From the NCBI GenBank assembly GCA_963848965.1, contig CAWKFG010000001.1, positions 96,001 through 160,000 of the forward strand: 64,000 bases of DNA. Direction: 5' to 3'. The notes under the pieces are model-generated. The model made no database searches, was not told the origin of the DNA, and worked only from the letters and a program-made list of their open reading frames with translations. Position 1 is the stretch's first letter, and the number at the start of each line of letters is the position of its first letter. Shown piece by piece: positions 1-9,449 of this stretch. Made by a program: the position numbers and the translations under genes. This stretch comes from an uncultured bacterium. GTDB taxonomy: Bacteria; Babelota; Babeliae; Babelales; Babelaceae.

Positions 1-217
1 AAAGGTCACCAGCAGAGTACCATGCAATAAGGTGAGGGTGCTTGCCTGCTAAAGATGATCCGGAGGTAGACTTTCCGCTGCCTGGTGCACCAATGAGAAA
101 AAAAAGTTCTTTATTACTATGAATTTGAGCGGAGTCCTGATCATGCAAAGAAAACAAACCAACCAAGCATGAGCTACTTACTAAAGAAATAGTAAGGGCG
201 AAATAGTATCTATACAT
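1..217 (-). CDS. Adenylate/NMP kinase-like protein with N-terminal signal peptide (5' part only, runs off window)
   Basis: Manual translation from ATG at 217 (RBS AGGAGC upstream): MYRYYFALTISLVSSSCLVG...ELFFLIGAPGSGKST...WYSAGDL. P-loop and S-x-GDL motif of NMP kinases. Confidence 0.75.
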   Translation of the reverse strand, partial: MYRYYFALTISLVSSSCLVGLFSLHDQDSAQIHSNKELFFLIGAPGSGKSTSGSSLAGKHPHLIAWYSAGDL

Positions 218-236
218 AAAAATGCTCCTAAAAGTA

Positions 237-1340
237 TTATTGCTCAGGTTCCCAAGTACGTAAGAATTCAATAAGAGGTTCTAATGCTTCTTTAGAAAGA
301 GCAGAAACAAATACATGAGGTTGATATTTCTTAATCTTAGGCTCAAGTATCTCTCGTTCTGGAACAAGATCTGCTTTATTAAAGAGATAAAGCATTGGTT
401 TATCAACGTCAAGCTCTTTGAGTACCTCAAGCACTACTCGAATATGAACTTCCCAATTAGGATCAGAGATATCTACCACATGAAGTAATAGGTGGGCATA
501 CTGGAGCTCTGCTAAGGTAGACTTAAATGCTTCAATAAGGTGGTGAGGTAACTGCTGGATAAAGCCAACAGTATCGGAAATAAGACCTTTCTTTTTTCCA
601 TCAATATAAAGCTCTCGTGTAGTAGTATCGAGTGTAGCAAAGAGTTTATTTTCCGCAAGAACATCGCTTTTGGTTAAAGCATTTAAAATGGTTGATTTTC
701 CAGCATTCGTGTATCCAATAAGGCATATAAGAGGGATACGAGATTCAAGCCGTCTTTTACGCTGTGTTTGACGGTGCTTTTCAAGCTCAGCAAGCTCTCG
801 TTTAAGTTTAAGCATATGCCGTTCAATATGCTGCGTTTCTTTTTCTTTAGCTGTTTCACCGGGACCTCTTGTACCAATGCGGCCAGACTGTTGTGACATA
901 GCAACTCCACGACCTGCAAGGCGTGATTTGCGATGCTGGAACATAGCAAGCTCTACTTGTAACTTTCCTTCAGCCGATTGAGCTCCCTTTTCAAAGATTT
1001 CTAAAATAAGTTGTGTTCGATCGAAAATTTTACAGCGTAGTATTTCGCTTAAATTCCGCTCTTGTTGTGGCGTAAGAGGCTCTGAAAATATGGCCTCTTC
1101 AATATCATTTTGCCTACAAACATCAATGAGCTCTTCAAGCTTGCCTTTAGAAAGAAAAAAGGCAGGATCAATAGCCCGAATTCTTGCAAAGTAAGTAGTA
1201 TCATATTCAATACTATTTGATTTTACAAGATTGATAAACTCATCAAAATAAGATTGCATATGAGTCGTATTATAAGGGGCATAAATTCCCACTAAGAGTG
1301 TTTTAGGATGCTGAACTGTAGCTGTTTCTACTCGTTTCAT
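237..1340 (-). CDS. hflX: GTPase HflX
   Basis: GTRGPGET, GYTNAGKST, LFATLDTT, DTVGFI and NKAD motifs. Confidence 0.97.
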   Translation of the reverse strand: MKRVETATVQHPKTLLVGIYAPYNTTHMQSYFDEFINLVKSNSIEYDTTYFARIRAIDPAFFLSKGKLEELIDVCRQNDIEEAIFSEPLTPQQERNLSEILRCKIFDRTQLILEIFEKGAQSAEGKLQVELAMFQHRKSRLAGRGVAMSQQSGRIGTRGPGETAKEKETQHIERHMLKLKRELAELEKHRQTQRKRRLESRIPLICLIGYTNAGKSTILNALTKSDVLAENKLFATLDTTTRELYIDGKKKGLISDTVGFIQQLPHHLIEAFKSTLAELQYAHLLLHVVDISDPNWEVHIRVVLEVLKELDVDKPMLYLFNKADLVPEREILEPKIKKYQPHVFVSALSKEALEPLIEFLRTWEPEQ

Positions 1341-1527
1341 TGTAAAATTCCCTTGTGAGGTTGAATAGCTATGTACCCGACAAAGCGCTCTAACAATTTT
1401 TTATCTCAACGCTACTTATAGTATACTATAAAGCTCTATAAGACACAATGACAGATATGCCTACTCGATGTCCTTTATTTTTTATGATATAATTAGATTT
1501 AATTATTATATAAAGAGATAAAAAAAT

Positions 1528-1683
1528 ATGAATCGAATGATGTATTATATCCTAATTGTAGTAATAAGTGCTTTGATTATACTGCCGTTGCTTTGTGGAA
1601 GATGGGAACAGCTTATATATGAAACTCTTGCTGCATTCTTAGCTTACTGTGTGGCGCATGCTTTACATAAGAATAATCTCTAA
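1528..1683 (+). CDS. Small hypothetical membrane protein (51 aa)
   Basis: Manual ORF MNRMMYYILIVVISALIILPLLCGRWEQLIYETLAAFLAYCVAHALHKNNL with two hydrophobic stretches. Confidence 0.4.
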   Translation: MNRMMYYILIVVISALIILPLLCGRWEQLIYETLAAFLAYCVAHALHKNNL

Positions 1684-1795
1684 GTTGTCAGTATATTATC
1701 TAAGAAGTTTTAAGCTACAGAGAAAGCTTTCTCTTGTAAAATTTCTCTTTTTAGGGTAAATATAAAGAAAAAGCTTAGTACGAAGGGGGTGTATT

Positions 1796-1942
1796 ATGGA
1801 TAGCCACATTTCTCTTTTTAAAAGACTATTTCAAAAGGTAGAAGAGCTCTGTAAAGATCCAGTTCGTAAGTTTGAAAGAAATTTTAGGGAAGATGACCTT
1901 TTTAAAGATAAAAGGGTAAAGCCTAAAGGTCGTTATAAATAG
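1796..1942 (+). CDS. Small hypothetical protein (48 aa)
   Basis: Manual ORF MDSHISLFKRLFQKVEELCKDP... with RBS-like GGGGGT upstream. Confidence 0.4.
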   Translation: MDSHISLFKRLFQKVEELCKDPVRKFERNFREDDLFKDKRVKPKGRYK

Positions 1943-2052
1943 ATCTTTTCAAGAAAAAAAGAAAGCGAAGTCTTTTATAAATATTTTTTCTCAAAATTCT
2001 AATTTTTTGTTATACTAGAAGAGAAACACAGTTTATTATCGAAAAAAGGCTT

Positions 2053-3384
2053 ATGTTTGATTTTTTATCGAAAAAAATTTCCTCTATTTTTACCCGTTTA
2101 ACAGGGCAAGATAGATTAACTGAAAAAAATATGGATGAAACCTTAAGCAAGGTGTATGATGCCCTGCTTGAGGCTGATGTGCCGTACGAAGTTGTCCAAG
2201 CGTTTATTGACGAAGTAAAGGCAGACGCATTAGGCAAAAAGGTATTTTCTTCCTTAAAACCTGGAGAACAGCTTCTTAAGATAGTGCATGATAAATTGTT
2301 ACAGTTTTTAGGTGGCCAAACGACCGAAAATCATTTTGCGTTCCAGATTCCGTCGGTTATTATGATGATTGGTCTGCAAGGGTCAGGTAAAACGACCACT
2401 ATTGCAAAGCTTGCCCATTATATTCAAACAATAGCTCAAAAGCATGGTAAAACACGCCGTATTATGGTAGGATCCGTAGACTTTTATCGACCTGCAGCTA
2501 TTGATCAGCTTGAGATTTTGGCACAAAAGGCGGGAGTTGTTTTTTATCGCTCTCCTTTGAAGGATCCAGTAGCTGCTGCTCAAGATATTGTAAAGCAGTC
2601 TCAAAAAGAGCATTGTGAGTATCTTTTTTTAGATACAGCAGGGCGATTACATGTTGATAATGAGATGCTTGAAGAGCTACAAAAAATTAATGCTGTAGTA
2701 AAACCAAAGTATAAGCTCCTTGTAGTAGATGCTATGACAGGTCAGGAATCGTTGAAAGTAGCACGAGCCTTTGAAGAAAAGGTTGGTTTTACTGGAGCGG
2801 TACTTACTAAAATGGATAGTGATACGCGAGGTGGGGTAGCATTTGCATTTAGGTATGCACTTAAGAAGCCTATACTTTTTGCTGCAACAGGGGAAAAAAT
2901 AGCTGATCTTGAGCTTTTTAGGCCTGAACGAATGGCAAGTCGAATCATCGGTATGGGTGATATGATGAGTCTTGTAGAGAAGGCTGAAGAAAAGATTAAG
3001 CAAAGTGAGCAAGAGGCTATGTATAAGTCAATTTCTCAAGGAAGATTGACGCTCCAGGACTTTGCTCAACAAATAGATATGGTATCACGTCTTGGTTCTC
3101 TTACCAGTGTTTTAAAATATTTGCCAGGAGCTGCATCGTTGAATGTTTCCCCAGAGATGCTGCAAAAAGGAGAGTCTGAAATTAAGAGATTTAAGGCAAT
3201 AATAAGCTCTATGACACATAAAGAACGTGTATATCCAAAAATATTAGATGCTTCACGCAAAAGCCGAATTGCCAAAGGGGCAGGAGTTGCGGTAGCAGAT
3301 ATTAACACATTGCTTGATAGATTTGAACAGAGTCAGCAATTTGTTAAAATTTTTAAGAAGATCGGAAAAAATAATCCGTTTTAA
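2053..3384 (+). CDS. ffh: Signal recognition particle protein Ffh
   Basis: GLQGSGKTT, DTAGR and TKMD motifs; C-terminal M domain. Confidence 0.97.
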   Translation: MFDFLSKKISSIFTRLTGQDRLTEKNMDETLSKVYDALLEADVPYEVVQAFIDEVKADALGKKVFSSLKPGEQLLKIVHDKLLQFLGGQTTENHFAFQIPSVIMMIGLQGSGKTTTIAKLAHYIQTIAQKHGKTRRIMVGSVDFYRPAAIDQLEILAQKAGVVFYRSPLKDPVAAAQDIVKQSQKEHCEYLFLDTAGRLHVDNEMLEELQKINAVVKPKYKLLVVDAMTGQESLKVARAFEEKVGFTGAVLTKMDSDTRGGVAFAFRYALKKPILFAATGEKIADLELFRPERMASRIIGMGDMMSLVEKAEEKIKQSEQEAMYKSISQGRLTLQDFAQQIDMVSRLGSLTSVLKYLPGAASLNVSPEMLQKGESEIKRFKAIISSMTHKERVYPKILDASRKSRIAKGAGVAVADINTLLDRFEQSQQFVKIFKKIGKNNPF

Positions 3385-3409
3385 CACATTTTAAGAAAGG
3401 TTATATTCT

Positions 3410-3661
3410 ATGGCAGTTAAAATTCGACTTTCTCGTATAGGTAAGACACACACTCCTGTGTACCGTATCGTAGCTATTGATTCAAGAAGCAAGAGAGACG
3501 GTGCTGCACTTGAGATTTTAGGGACCTATAATCCATTGAGTGGTCAATTAGTACAGTTTCATGAAGAGCGTATTAATGATTGGGTATCTAAAGGAGCAGT
3601 CGTTACTGATGCAGTTAAGAGGTTACAAAAACTACATAAAAGGGCTGAAGTTCCTGCATAA
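3410..3661 (+). CDS. rpsP: 30S ribosomal protein S16
   Basis: MAVKIRL..., YRIVAIDSR, GTYNP. Confidence 0.97.
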   Translation: MAVKIRLSRIGKTHTPVYRIVAIDSRSKRDGAALEILGTYNPLSGQLVQFHEERINDWVSKGAVVTDAVKRLQKLHKRAEVPA

Positions 3662-3674
3662 CTAGAGTGAAAGC

Positions 3675-3908
3675 ATGCTCAAAAATATTATTGAATATTT
3701 TGTGACAAAGATGGTGGAAAAACCAGATGGAGTAACTGTTACTGAAATTCAGACAGCTGAAAAGACTATTATCGAGATCAAAGTAGCTGCACAAGATCTT
3801 GCAAAAGTTATAGGAAAAGAGGGTCGTACGTTCAAAGCTCTACGAGCTTTAGCAAATGCAGCAGATCCTCATACTCAAAAAGATATAGTAGTTGATATTA
3901 GTAGTTAA
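3675..3908 (+). CDS. khpA: KH-domain RNA-binding protein KhpA
   Basis: KVIGKEGRT KH motif; position after rpsP. Confidence 0.9.
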   Translation: MLKNIIEYFVTKMVEKPDGVTVTEIQTAEKTIIEIKVAAQDLAKVIGKEGRTFKALRALANAADPHTQKDIVVDISS

Positions 3909-5246
3909 ATGGTTATCTCGGTTCTTTCCTTATTCCCTGAACTTTATGTTCCATTTCTCAATACTAGCTTAATTGCACGTGCTCGTGAAAAAAAGTTGGT
4001 AACTGTCGATATACATAACTTATTTGGGTATTCAAAGCCAAAAGAGCGTGTTGATAGCCCTACATTTGGTCATGGTGCAGGAATGCTCTTAAGGCCAGAT
4101 ATTATGGAACATGCTATAGAAGATATACAAAGGCAGGCAGGACAAGCATATAAAATTTTTTTCTCTCCTCAAGGTAAAAAGCTTGATCAAAGGCTTCTTG
4201 AACAACTCGCTCATAGAGCGCAGGAGAAAGAGCATATAATGCTTTTGCCTGCTCGCTATGAGGGTATGGATACTCGAGTAGAGGAACATTATGGCGATCT
4301 TATAGTCTCTTTAGGTGATTTTGTACTTATGGGAGGAGATCTACCAGCAATGGTTCTTATGGAAGGTCTTTTACGTTTGTTGCCAGGAGTAGTTGGAAAA
4401 CAGAGTTCAATAGAGCATGAATCATTTGCTGGCCCTTTTGTAGATTATCCTGAATATACAGCTCCTGTAATATGGAAAGGTCTTGAAGTACCAGAAGTAG
4501 TGCGCTCTGGAAACCATAAAGCGCTTGCCCAATGGCGTAAAGAGCAGGCTATTCAAAAGACAGTGCTGCACCACTTTGCATGGCTTAGGTCTCATATAGA
4601 AAGCGAAGAAGATAAACGAGCGGTAGAGAAACTGCTGCCTGTACATTATGTAGTACTCATGCATGATCAGGTACTACTTGAAGCTGAGCGTGAAGGTACT
4701 AGTTCTGTAACATCGCTTGATATTCATGATATAGCACGGTCTGCACGCACATTTGGGATAAAAAAGTATTTTATTGTAACACCTTTGGTAGATCAGCAGA
4801 AGATAGTACAGCGATTACTCTCATTCTGGCTCACAGATGCTGGTATAGAGTATAATCCTCATCGGCACGAGGCGCTCAATCGAGTAATGGTAGTATCAAG
4901 TTTAGATGATGTTATTGCTGCTATTAAAGAGCTTGAACAGAAAGATCCTGTGCTTATTGCTACAGGTGCAAAAAGGAGAGGACATCAACAACTTATTACT
5001 TATAATGACCAGGAAATGGTATGGGCAGAAAAAAGGCCGGTTTTGTTTTTGCTTGGTACAGCACGAGGGCTTGCACCACAGCTTATTGAAAAATGTGAGT
5101 TTCTTCTTGAGCCAATTGAAGGATTTACTGATTTTAATCATCTTTCAGTCCGCTCGGCAGCAGCCATTATCTTTGATCGCTGGTTAGGAATTAATCATGC
5201 ATCAGGATCTACTATCTCAAGCAAGTCAACATCTAGAAAATTATAG
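3909..5246 (+). CDS. trmD: tRNA (guanine37-N1) methyltransferase TrmD fused to a C-terminal SPOUT-type RNA methyltransferase domain
   Basis: RYEGMD, SLGDFVLMGG and PEVVRSGNH TrmD motifs, then ~200 aa with SVTSLDIHDIARSARTFG and FNHLSVRSAAAIIFDRW. Confidence 0.93.
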   Translation: MVISVLSLFPELYVPFLNTSLIARAREKKLVTVDIHNLFGYSKPKERVDSPTFGHGAGMLLRPDIMEHAIEDIQRQAGQAYKIFFSPQGKKLDQRLLEQLAHRAQEKEHIMLLPARYEGMDTRVEEHYGDLIVSLGDFVLMGGDLPAMVLMEGLLRLLPGVVGKQSSIEHESFAGPFVDYPEYTAPVIWKGLEVPEVVRSGNHKALAQWRKEQAIQKTVLHHFAWLRSHIESEEDKRAVEKLLPVHYVVLMHDQVLLEAEREGTSSVTSLDIHDIARSARTFGIKKYFIVTPLVDQQKIVQRLLSFWLTDAGIEYNPHRHEALNRVMVVSSLDDVIAAIKELEQKDPVLIATGAKRRGHQQLITYNDQEMVWAEKRPVLFLLGTARGLAPQLIEKCEFLLEPIEGFTDFNHLSVRSAAAIIFDRWLGINHASGSTISSKSTSRKL

Positions 5247-5445
5247 CTTAGATTTATGAGAAATCGGTATAGTGCTTTCTTGTAAATCTTGTCCTCAATT
5301 GTTACGACTTTGAAGGATACAGAGGTTGACAGATAGTTTGATGTTCAATATAATGGTCATTATAGATGGTCAGCGAAGCCAACTATCGATCTTTAGGAAT
5401 CGGTTTGCTTGTAGGGGTGATTCTCGTACTTACTGGAATTTTACA

Positions 5446-5817
5446 ATGAACAAAAAAAAGACATTAAAAAAGCAAGGACTAAGCTTGGAAGATATTGAAG
5501 GGGTGACTTTTAATAAGGAAATATCAAAAACAATTACGAAATATTACCCTGAAAAAACTTTCAAGAACCACAATAAAGTTGCGAGGGTTCTTTTACAGTG
5601 CTTGATTGAAGGTGATGATGAAGCATATAAAGAGATCTTAGATTCTTATTTAAGAGTTAATAGATCGCATATTGCAACCAAAGCCAAATTATCTAGGACT
5701 ACTGTGCAAAATGCCTTCTCATCTAAGGGAAACCCAACGTTACGAACAATTGCTAAAATTGTTCATGAAGTTTATCAAGGATCGGACGTAAATCTCGTAA
5801 AAGATACAAAGAGCTAG
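5446..5817 (+). CDS. HTH (XRE-like) addiction-module antitoxin-type protein, orphan
   Basis: IATKAKLSRTTVQNAFSSKGNPTLRTIAKIV HTH; ATG at 5446 preferred to the track start at 5326. Confidence 0.75.
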   Translation: MNKKKTLKKQGLSLEDIEGVTFNKEISKTITKYYPEKTFKNHNKVARVLLQCLIEGDDEAYKEILDSYLRVNRSHIATKAKLSRTTVQNAFSSKGNPTLRTIAKIVHEVYQGSDVNLVKDTKS

Positions 5818-5892
5818 AAAGAAAGTATAGCCTTAATTAGTGATCAAGAGTTCCGATCTCTTACTTTGGGCTGCGGCTTTAGAATAATGTGC

Positions 5893-5921
5893 TTGCCTAA
5901 AATACAAGCATGTTTTATACT
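5893..5921 (+). promoter_or_regulatory. Putative sigma70 promoter for rplS
   Basis: TTGCCT-N17-TATACT. Confidence 0.5.
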
Positions 5922-6002
5922 AGAATATAAGGGCTCTAGCCCATTTTGTCTTAAAAGTAAAAAGGTTAAAAATAAGCATACTACTCTTTATAAGGAACAG
6001 GC

Positions 6003-6398
6003 ATGAGAGCAAAAAAGTATACAAAAGAAACTATCTTAAATATGGGCACTGAAGATCGTCCCTTTGATAAATTTTCTATCGGCGATACCGTAGTGGTATC
6101 TCAAAAAATTAAAGAAGGCGATAAAGAACGTATCCAGCTCTTTGAAGGGGACGTTATCGCTATTAATAATAAAGGTATAGCAAGCACTTTTACCGTTCGT
6201 AAAATAGGTGCAAATGCTATCGCAGTAGAGCGTGTTTATCCTTTCTACTCTCCTTTAGTTGACGGAGTAAAATTTGTACGTAAAGGTAAAGTTCGTCGTG
6301 CAAAACTCTACTATATGAGAGAACGTATTGGTAAAGCAGCTCGCGTAAAAGAAAAAGTACTTACTAAAGAACAAAAGGCTCAAGAAAGAGCAGCATAA
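6003..6398 (+). CDS. rplS: 50S ribosomal protein L19
   Basis: [25 protein letters not shown]. Confidence 0.97.
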   Translation: MRAKKYTKETILNMGTEDRPFDKFSIGDTVVVSQKIKEGDKERIQLFEGDVIAINNKGIASTFTVRKIGANAIAVERVYPFYSPLVDGVKFVRKGKVRRAKLYYMRERIGKAARVKEKVLTKEQKAQERAA

Positions 6399-6400
6399 CT

Positions 6401-6871
6401 ATGCGTTATTGGCAAGCAGGGCACTTATTTTGTATAAGTGCCTTTTTGTCTAGCTGTATAAAGCAGCTTCCTAGTACTATAAAGAACTCTCCTGAAGTAC
6501 GTTCAGTTGAGCCTCCTCTATCACAAGAATTACCACCGTTTCACATGCTTGGTGAAGAAGAAAGAGCATATCTTTTGGATGTGCCTTTTCCTCAGGGCAG
6601 TATTCCTCGTATAATGCGCACAAAAGATAAGCGAAACTATATGCTTATGTATGAATCAGGAAGTTCATTAGAAGATCTTTGTGCCTTTCATAGAGCTGAG
6701 ATGGATTATCACAAGTGGCATGAAATAGGAACTTTTTTGGCGTATGAATCATGCTTGGTATTTGAAAAGGCGTCTCGTCATTGTATTATAACACTTCGTC
6801 CTACCTCTGGTAAGTATTCTGTAATAGTCTGTGTAGGTCCTAAAAAACAAGTTATAAAGGACCTCTGTTAA
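6401..6871 (+). CDS. Hypothetical protein, possible lipoprotein
   Basis: N-terminal hydrophobic stretch with lipobox-like FLSSC. Confidence 0.6.
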   Translation: MRYWQAGHLFCISAFLSSCIKQLPSTIKNSPEVRSVEPPLSQELPPFHMLGEEERAYLLDVPFPQGSIPRIMRTKDKRNYMLMYESGSSLEDLCAFHRAEMDYHKWHEIGTFLAYESCLVFEKASRHCIITLRPTSGKYSVIVCVGPKKQVIKDLC

Positions 6872-6878
6872 GAGGTCC
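6859..6878. terminator. Hairpin between convergent genes
   Basis: GGACCTCT-gtta-AGAGGTCC. Confidence 0.45.
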
Positions 6879-6887
6879 CTCCGTTTA

Positions 6888-8006
6888 TTATCTTTGTCCG
6901 TTACTTCCTTGATCTCGTGTAGATAAATAGAGATTAAAGAGATCTGGATCGTTGAAATTAACAGTTACACGTACACGACCGGTAGCTCCTGTAGAACCAG
7001 GTACAGGAAACCCAGGAACTTGAATGGCTGTAAAGTTTTCTTGTTGTTTAAAGAGCGGTATTGGAACAAGAGCAGGAGGAGTTACAGGAGCTCCTGGTAG
7101 CGGCTTGTTAACAAGAAAGGTATGATTATCACCATATATAAAGAGAATTTGTCGAGCATTGCCAATTTCTTTTGCTTTTGCACTAATAAGGTTAATCATT
7201 GGTCTAAAGCCGGGAGAAGGATTTGCAAAATCTATAGCTGCTTGAGTAAAAATGACGATACCTCGCGATTGAAGTTGTGCGGCTACAGTAAAAGCTCTTT
7301 CAAGCCACGCTTGATTAGCAGCAATTCGTCTTACAGATTCAGCTCTTACTTCAGCTGAAGGGCTAGCAAGACCATTGTCTCCTCCAATAGTATGTACTGT
7401 GACAAAAACTATATTACCTAAAACCCAACGGCGGTTTTCAACAAACTCAGAGAATTCAGGAAATTCTTGTGGTTGTGCTACTACCTCAAAGGGAAAGGGA
7501 ACATTCGTTCGTGTAAAAAATAGTCGACGAATGGTTGCAAGTGTTCCAAGAGGATTTGGGTTGTTGATAGGTGGTCGTACAGTATCTGCCCAATCATTAT
7601 CGCCTGGTGTATAAATAAGTGGTTTATTTATTGAAAAAAGAATATTACGAGCTCGTGTAAGGCCCTCTTCTGTTATGGTTGAAAGAGCGTTAGGAAGTAC
7701 AAGAAGGCCTGTAGGAGAAGATTGGATGTCTCCTACATGTACTACAAAGCGCACATTTTCTCTATTTATAGTGTTGTTAATGAGCTGAATAAGTTCTGCT
7801 TCAAATGTGGTAGTATACGCAGTATCGCCAAGTACATCAAATGAGAAATTAGAGATAATATTTTGAGTTTTTTTAGAACAATGAGATAGTTTACTACAGC
7901 AGCTTTTCCCTCTCAATGGCTGTTGGGATTCCTCCTTTGAAAATAAGGGAAAAATTGCTAGAACAAACATACTTAGATAAAGAAATTTTACATTTATACA
8001 CTTCAT
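6888..8006 (-). CDS. Exported calcineurin-like metallophosphoesterase
   Basis: Signal peptide; LGDTAY, HVGD, PGDNDW and GDNH metal-binding motifs. Confidence 0.8.
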   Translation of the reverse strand: MKCINVKFLYLSMFVLAIFPLFSKEESQQPLRGKSCCSKLSHCSKKTQNIISNFSFDVLGDTAYTTTFEAELIQLINNTINRENVRFVVHVGDIQSSPTGLLVLPNALSTITEEGLTRARNILFSINKPLIYTPGDNDWADTVRPPINNPNPLGTLATIRRLFFTRTNVPFPFEVVAQPQEFPEFSEFVENRRWVLGNIVFVTVHTIGGDNGLASPSAEVRAESVRRIAANQAWLERAFTVAAQLQSRGIVIFTQAAIDFANPSPGFRPMINLISAKAKEIGNARQILFIYGDNHTFLVNKPLPGAPVTPPALVPIPLFKQQENFTAIQVPGFPVPGSTGATGRVRVTVNFNDPDLFNLYLSTRDQGSNGQR

Positions 8007-8201
8007 ACTACTCCTCTGTTTTGAAAGATAAAAAAGATGTAAAATTATTTTAGATCTTTTAGCATTTTGTAAGCAAGAATATGGAGCATAACTGAATAAC
8101 TTTAGATTTTTGTATGAAAGTTATGAGCACGAAGTAATAATCTTTTTGCTTATCTCATTTATGAAATGGCAGATATTTTTGATTTTAAAAGATATAGACA
8201 A

Positions 8202-8226
8202 AAGGGGACCATACATGGTCCCCTTG
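8202..8226 (-). terminator. Rho-independent terminator
   Basis: AAGGGGACCAT-ac-ATGGTCCCCTT, T-tract on minus strand. Confidence 0.7.
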
Positions 8227-8231
8227 TAGGT

Positions 8232-8906
8232 TTAAGATACAAATGAAAGTGGATCAGTGTCAGTAAGTGTCCGTTTAGATATTTTTGTTACTCTTTTTTC
8301 GATACCGAGGTCATGTTCGTTACCTTGGGCTTTAAGTAATTTGATTTTTAGTTCTTCTTCTTTAAGTTTCAGCTCTTTAGCTTTATTTTGTTCGCGTAAA
8401 AGCTCTTTTTGTTCTTTTACTAAAGCAAGTTGTGTTTGCTGCTCTTTTAAAGCTAGTTCTCGTTCACGTATCTCGAGTGTTTTGTCTTTTGAGCGACCGA
8501 TAGTCCGTGTTTCTACAATAGTATTTTCAATAACGGTATCTCTATTTAGTTTTCTCATCCTACGAGCATGTTCTTGTTGTTGAGCATGATAAGCGGCTTC
8601 TCGTCTACGAATCTCCTCTTCTCGTTCTCTGCGACGGTGTTCAAGTTCACGCATACGAATCTGTTCTTCACGCATTTGAATTTCCATACGCTTTTGTTCT
8701 GCATAGGGATCTTCTACATAATATACAGTAGGCGGATTATTATAATAAACTGCAGGTGGATTATTACTTGAAGCCATTTTGCTCATTATTGCTCCGCCAA
8801 CAAGTCCCGTGAAAGCACCCACACCAAACCCTTCACCAAAGCTATCAGCATATATATGTAAGAAAGCAGTTGAAAGCAAAAGAGAAAGAGCAAATATCCT
8901 TTTCAT
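8232..8906 (-). CDS. Exported glycine-zipper / coiled-coil hypothetical protein
   Basis: Signal peptide, GFGVGAFTGLVGGA, NNPPxVYY twice, long E/R/K/Q coiled coil. Confidence 0.75.
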   Translation of the reverse strand: MKRIFALSLLLSTAFLHIYADSFGEGFGVGAFTGLVGGAIMSKMASSNNPPAVYYNNPPTVYYVEDPYAEQKRMEIQMREEQIRMRELEHRRREREEEIRRREAAYHAQQQEHARRMRKLNRDTVIENTIVETRTIGRSKDKTLEIRERELALKEQQTQLALVKEQKELLREQNKAKELKLKEEELKIKLLKAQGNEHDLGIEKRVTKISKRTLTDTDPLSFVS

Positions 8907-9157
8907 CGAAAGTCTCCTTATATGAAAGGATGGTCTATATTAAAAGCTTGCTTAAAGTAAGCGCTTAAAGTCAATAATTTTATTGTTTATCTGAATATTA
9001 TTTCTGCTTATGAAGCTTTAATTGTTAAAACCATAAACTAAGCTTTTCACTAATAGCGTAACTGGAGAAAAAGTTTTTGCAACAGCCTCTTATTCCTTAG
9101 TATAGAAGCAGAAACAGCACTAAAAAAGGGCCCTTATGGGCCCTTAAAGCGTCTTTT

Positions 9158-9430
9158 TTAGTACCAGTAGTAAGCTGGATAGTATCCGTAATAGCCATAG
9201 GTTGGATAGTAGTTATAGTAGTATGCAGGATAGCCATAAGAGTATGGATAATATCCGTAACCGCCATAATATCCTGGGTATCCATAGCCGCTGCTTAATG
9301 CAGAACCAGCTAAAGCGCCACCTAAAAATCCAAAGCCAAAGCCTGCACCAAAACCACGACGAGCTTCAATTTGTGATAATGAAAGTATGCTTAGCATAAG
9401 AATTACTAGAGCGAATAGTTTCTTAGTCAT
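9158..9430 (-). CDS. Small exported Gly/Tyr-rich protein (90 aa)
   Basis: Start at MTKKLF (9430) with RBS AGGAGA; signal peptide, glycine zipper, YYGGYGYYPYSYGYPAYYY tail. Confidence 0.75.
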   Translation of the reverse strand: MTKKLFALVILMLSILSLSQIEARRGFGAGFGFGFLGGALAGSALSSGYGYPGYYGGYGYYPYSYGYPAYYYNYYPTYGYYGYYPAYYWY

Positions 9431-9449
9431 GATAAATCTCCTTTTATAA

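Noticed and set aside
5247..5445. Toxin gene upstream of the antitoxin-like HTH gene
   Set aside because: No ORF with RelE/HigB-like features could be read.
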